From: Octopus vulgaris
Taxonomy: Eukaryota
Assembly: GCA_951406725.2 (NCBI GenBank)
Contig: OX597819.1
Span: forward strand, 41,912,001-41,976,000
Reading direction: 5' to 3'
DNA: 64,000 nt
In this document: one piece after another, positions 61,474 through 64,000 of the stretch
Numbering within the stretch: position 1 is the first letter of the stretch
Layout of the letters: each line of letters opens with the position of its first letter
The notes under the pieces: model-generated
What the model was told of the DNA's origin: nothing
The model's database searches: none
The model's input: the letters and a program-made list of their open reading frames with translations, nothing else
Program-made: the position numbers and the translations under genes

Positions 61474-62792
61474 ACATTAACATATCATTTTAAAAACAAC
61501 TTGAAAGAATTATCTCCCTTCCTAACTATGGCATCACACTTTATTTTATTTCATACTGTAATTTGTGAGCAACAGCATCACTGCAATAATGTTCTGTTGA
61601 TATTTGTAATGATTGTGCTTTTGAGTTGTGGAGGACAATGCAACTGGCATTGTCACACCACAGGATGATGATTTTGAGATCTCTGCACATGGAATCAATG
61701 AAGATTTGGTTTGAGATGTCATAGTTGTATGTGGAAGGTTAGGGATGATATCATACGAATAGGAGTGGGCATCGTTGTAGGTGACAAAAAAACCAGACCC
61801 TACCTGACTTGACAGAATGTTGGGGATGAGAGGAAGTTCAATCAGTGTAGTCACTGTGTGGGAAGTAGCTTGCTTACCAACCACATGGTTCCAGGTTCAT
61901 TTCCAAGAGAGAAAATGGATAAACTGACACACTTAAAACATAAGAACTCTGCTGCAAATTTTGTGCTCAACCAATTTATAACCATACTTCTGTTGACATA
62001 CACTGTCTTTGCTTCAAATAATTTTTTAAAAAACAATGATGAATTCAACTTTTTTTCAAGGTGATGTTTGGAACATAAATGAACATGAAATTTCAAAGAA
62101 AGGTTTCTTTTTTTTTTTCTAAATTTAGATCACATTAAAATAGGAAGTTTGTAACCTAGAATCTTGTGCAGTCTCAAGCAGGTTGGTATTGAAAGGGTTA
62201 AACTGATCCTGGAATAATTGAGTTAATGTGGGATACATTGCTGTTTGACTCAATTTCATTAACAGTACCTGATATAATATATCAAGGTTTGTGTAATTAG
62301 AAGGCAGATAGGTGAATGAAAAACATATGCGACAATTAGCTTGAGAAGTTGATAGTTTATCTCTTATCCCTGCATCTTATGGTGGCCAAATGACAATTCT
62401 CAGTTAGCCAAGACTAGTTAGTAGCAGTAAATAGGCACCATAAAGCAATGCCAATGCTGTAATGATGACCATTTTATTGATAAGTAGTACTGAGTTCAAT
62501 TCTATGTTATAGACTGGCATATTAATTAAGAAGTGGAGAGTGGGTGTCTCATTCATTTTAATGTCTAGGAAACAGAGATACTCCTGCCCAGTAGACATCA
62601 AAGATCTATGAAAAGAGTTTCAATACACATGCCTTGTCAAATGTTCACTCCTCATTTTTTCATAAAATTGCATGTTTAACGAAGATACAAGTTAGAGATA
62701 TCTACGACACGTGTTGGTTTGTATTACATCATATTGCCAGGATACATATGTTTCCAACTGGAGGAAACCCTTTCTTTCAATTCCATGTAGAT

Positions 62793-63111
62793 CAGCGTTT
62801 CTCAACCAGGGTTCTGCAAAAGTTTCTTAGGGGTCCCCCAGAAAGACAGAGATAAGCTAATGCTAATTTCAGAATCATAATATTACTATACATACACAAC
62901 ATAGTTATATAGACATCCTATCTAACCAATTATGTTATCAATAACATAACAACTATCTATCTATATATGTGTGTATGTATGTATATATATATATATATAT
63001 ATATTTATTTACCACATGAACGATGATGAAAACAATATGAGAAAGATATTTTTTTGAGACATGTAATTTATTTTAAGGGTTATGCAAGGGTAAAAAGGTG
63101 GAGAAACACTG
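62793..63111. mobile_element. hAT (Charlie-like) MITE
   Basis: CAGCGTTTCTCAACC...GGTGGAGAAACACTG TIRs; NTNTAGAN-like flanks. Confidence 0.7.
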
Positions 63112-63212
63112 GTCTAGACAGATGGTACTGGATAGTTGGTTTTTGTTTTGAGTACAATGCTGCTAACACCTGACCCTGCCTACCGCAGGGGCCAGAACCG
63201 TAACATGCCTAA

Positions 63213-64000
63213 ATGCTTGAATGTTGTCAGGTCAGAAGAGAGATCAGACGAAAATGCCTAAAAATCGATCACCGCCACCACAACAACCCTCTTCTTTTCA
63301 GGCGCCGAATTGCACCCCTCCCCCCCCACATCTCCTTCCCAGTTTTCAGAGTTGGCACTGTCAATGTTGGTACACTGAAAGGTAGGTCTAGTGAGATTGT
63401 AGAGATGCTTGAGAGAAGACGGGTTGATGTATGCTGCATACAAGAGGTAAGGTCGAGAGGTGCTTCAGCTAGGGTCCTCACAGGCAAGGCACATAGGTAT
63501 AAAGTCTTCTGGCAAGGTAACATGGATGGGGTAGGGGGTGTAGGCATTCTCCTTGCGGAGAAATGGGTGGATAAGGTCATAGAGGTTGTCAGGGTTTGCG
63601 ATAGAGTGCTTAAGCTCAGGTTAGTCCTACAGAGTGGCACAGCTACGATTATCTCCGCCTATGCCCCACAAGTGGGGCTACCAAATGATCAGAAGGACTA
63701 CTTTTATGATACCCTTCTACAGGCTACCTCAAAGACTAGTGGCAAGGACCTCATCTTTGTGGGTGGAGACTTTAATGGGCATGTTAGGCAGGAATCGGGT
63801 ATCTTAACTGGGGTTCACGGTGGCCATGGTATTGGCACCAGAAATGATGAGGGAACTAGACTACTGGAATTCTGTGATGCATGTAACCTTTTAATCTGCA
63901 ACACTAACTTCAGGAAGCCTGACTGCCACCTTATAACTTATCAGTCAGGGGACTCCGCGAGCCAAATAGACTTCATCCTCACCAGACAGTGGGATGCAGG
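63213..64000 (+). CDS. RTE-clade LINE ORF, N-terminal apurinic-type endonuclease domain, open to the window end (partial)
   Basis: ATG 63213 with no stop to 64000: FRVGTVNVGTL..VDVCCIQEVR..GVGILL..IISAYAPQVG..GGDFNGHV..RNDEGTRLLEFC..NTNFRK..SQIDFILTR. Absent from the ORF track because it has no stop in the window. Confidence 0.9.
   Translation, partial: MLECCQVRREIRRKCLKIDHRHHNNPLLFRRRIAPLPPHISFPVFRVGTVNVGTLKGRSSEIVEMLERRRVDVCCIQEVRSRGASARVLTGKAHRYKVFWQGNMDGVGGVGILLAEKWVDKVIEVVRVCDRVLKLRLVLQSGTATIISAYAPQVGLPNDQKDYFYDTLLQATSKTSGKDLIFVGGDFNGHVRQESGILTGVHGGHGIGTRNDEGTRLLEFCDACNLLICNTNFRKPDCHLITYQSGDSASQIDFILTRQWDA

Noticed and set aside
63120-63215. HDV-like ribozyme expected at an RTE 5' end
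   Set aside because: Only one 6-bp hairpin is visible; could not build the nested double pseudoknot.

Overview
Eukaryotic, AT-rich, repeat-dense window; the SINE families, RTE LINE tails and very long (TA)/(CA) microsatellites strongly suggest an octopus (coleoid cephalopod) genome, which is an inference. One complete host gene could be assembled by hand on the minus strand: a 10-coding-exon TMBIM/Lifeguard (BI-1 superfamily, GRINA/LFG1-like) gene, 18673..3137, 238 aa, with all introns GT-AG and phases consistent. The ORF track misses it. The rest is transposon material: a near full-length mariner, Tc1 and mariner relics, a Helitron fragment, CR1, RTE, HERO-like and Tx1-like LINE pieces, an open RTE endonuclease ORF running off the right edge, a Penelope GIY-YIG relic, several MITEs, and dozens of tRNA-derived SINEs. 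The most interesting signals are RNA-structural: (i) an apparently intact minimal type I hammerhead ribozyme with a U3-A8 core variant in a ~361-bp terminally redundant unit (Penelope pLTR or retrozyme-like) in intron 3 of the gene; (ii) three more hammerhead-like motifs of other families, two of them forming a fold-back; (iii) several long palindromes, up to ~275-bp arms; (iv) RTE 3' UTRs with an expanding, possibly pseudoknot-forming tandem module.
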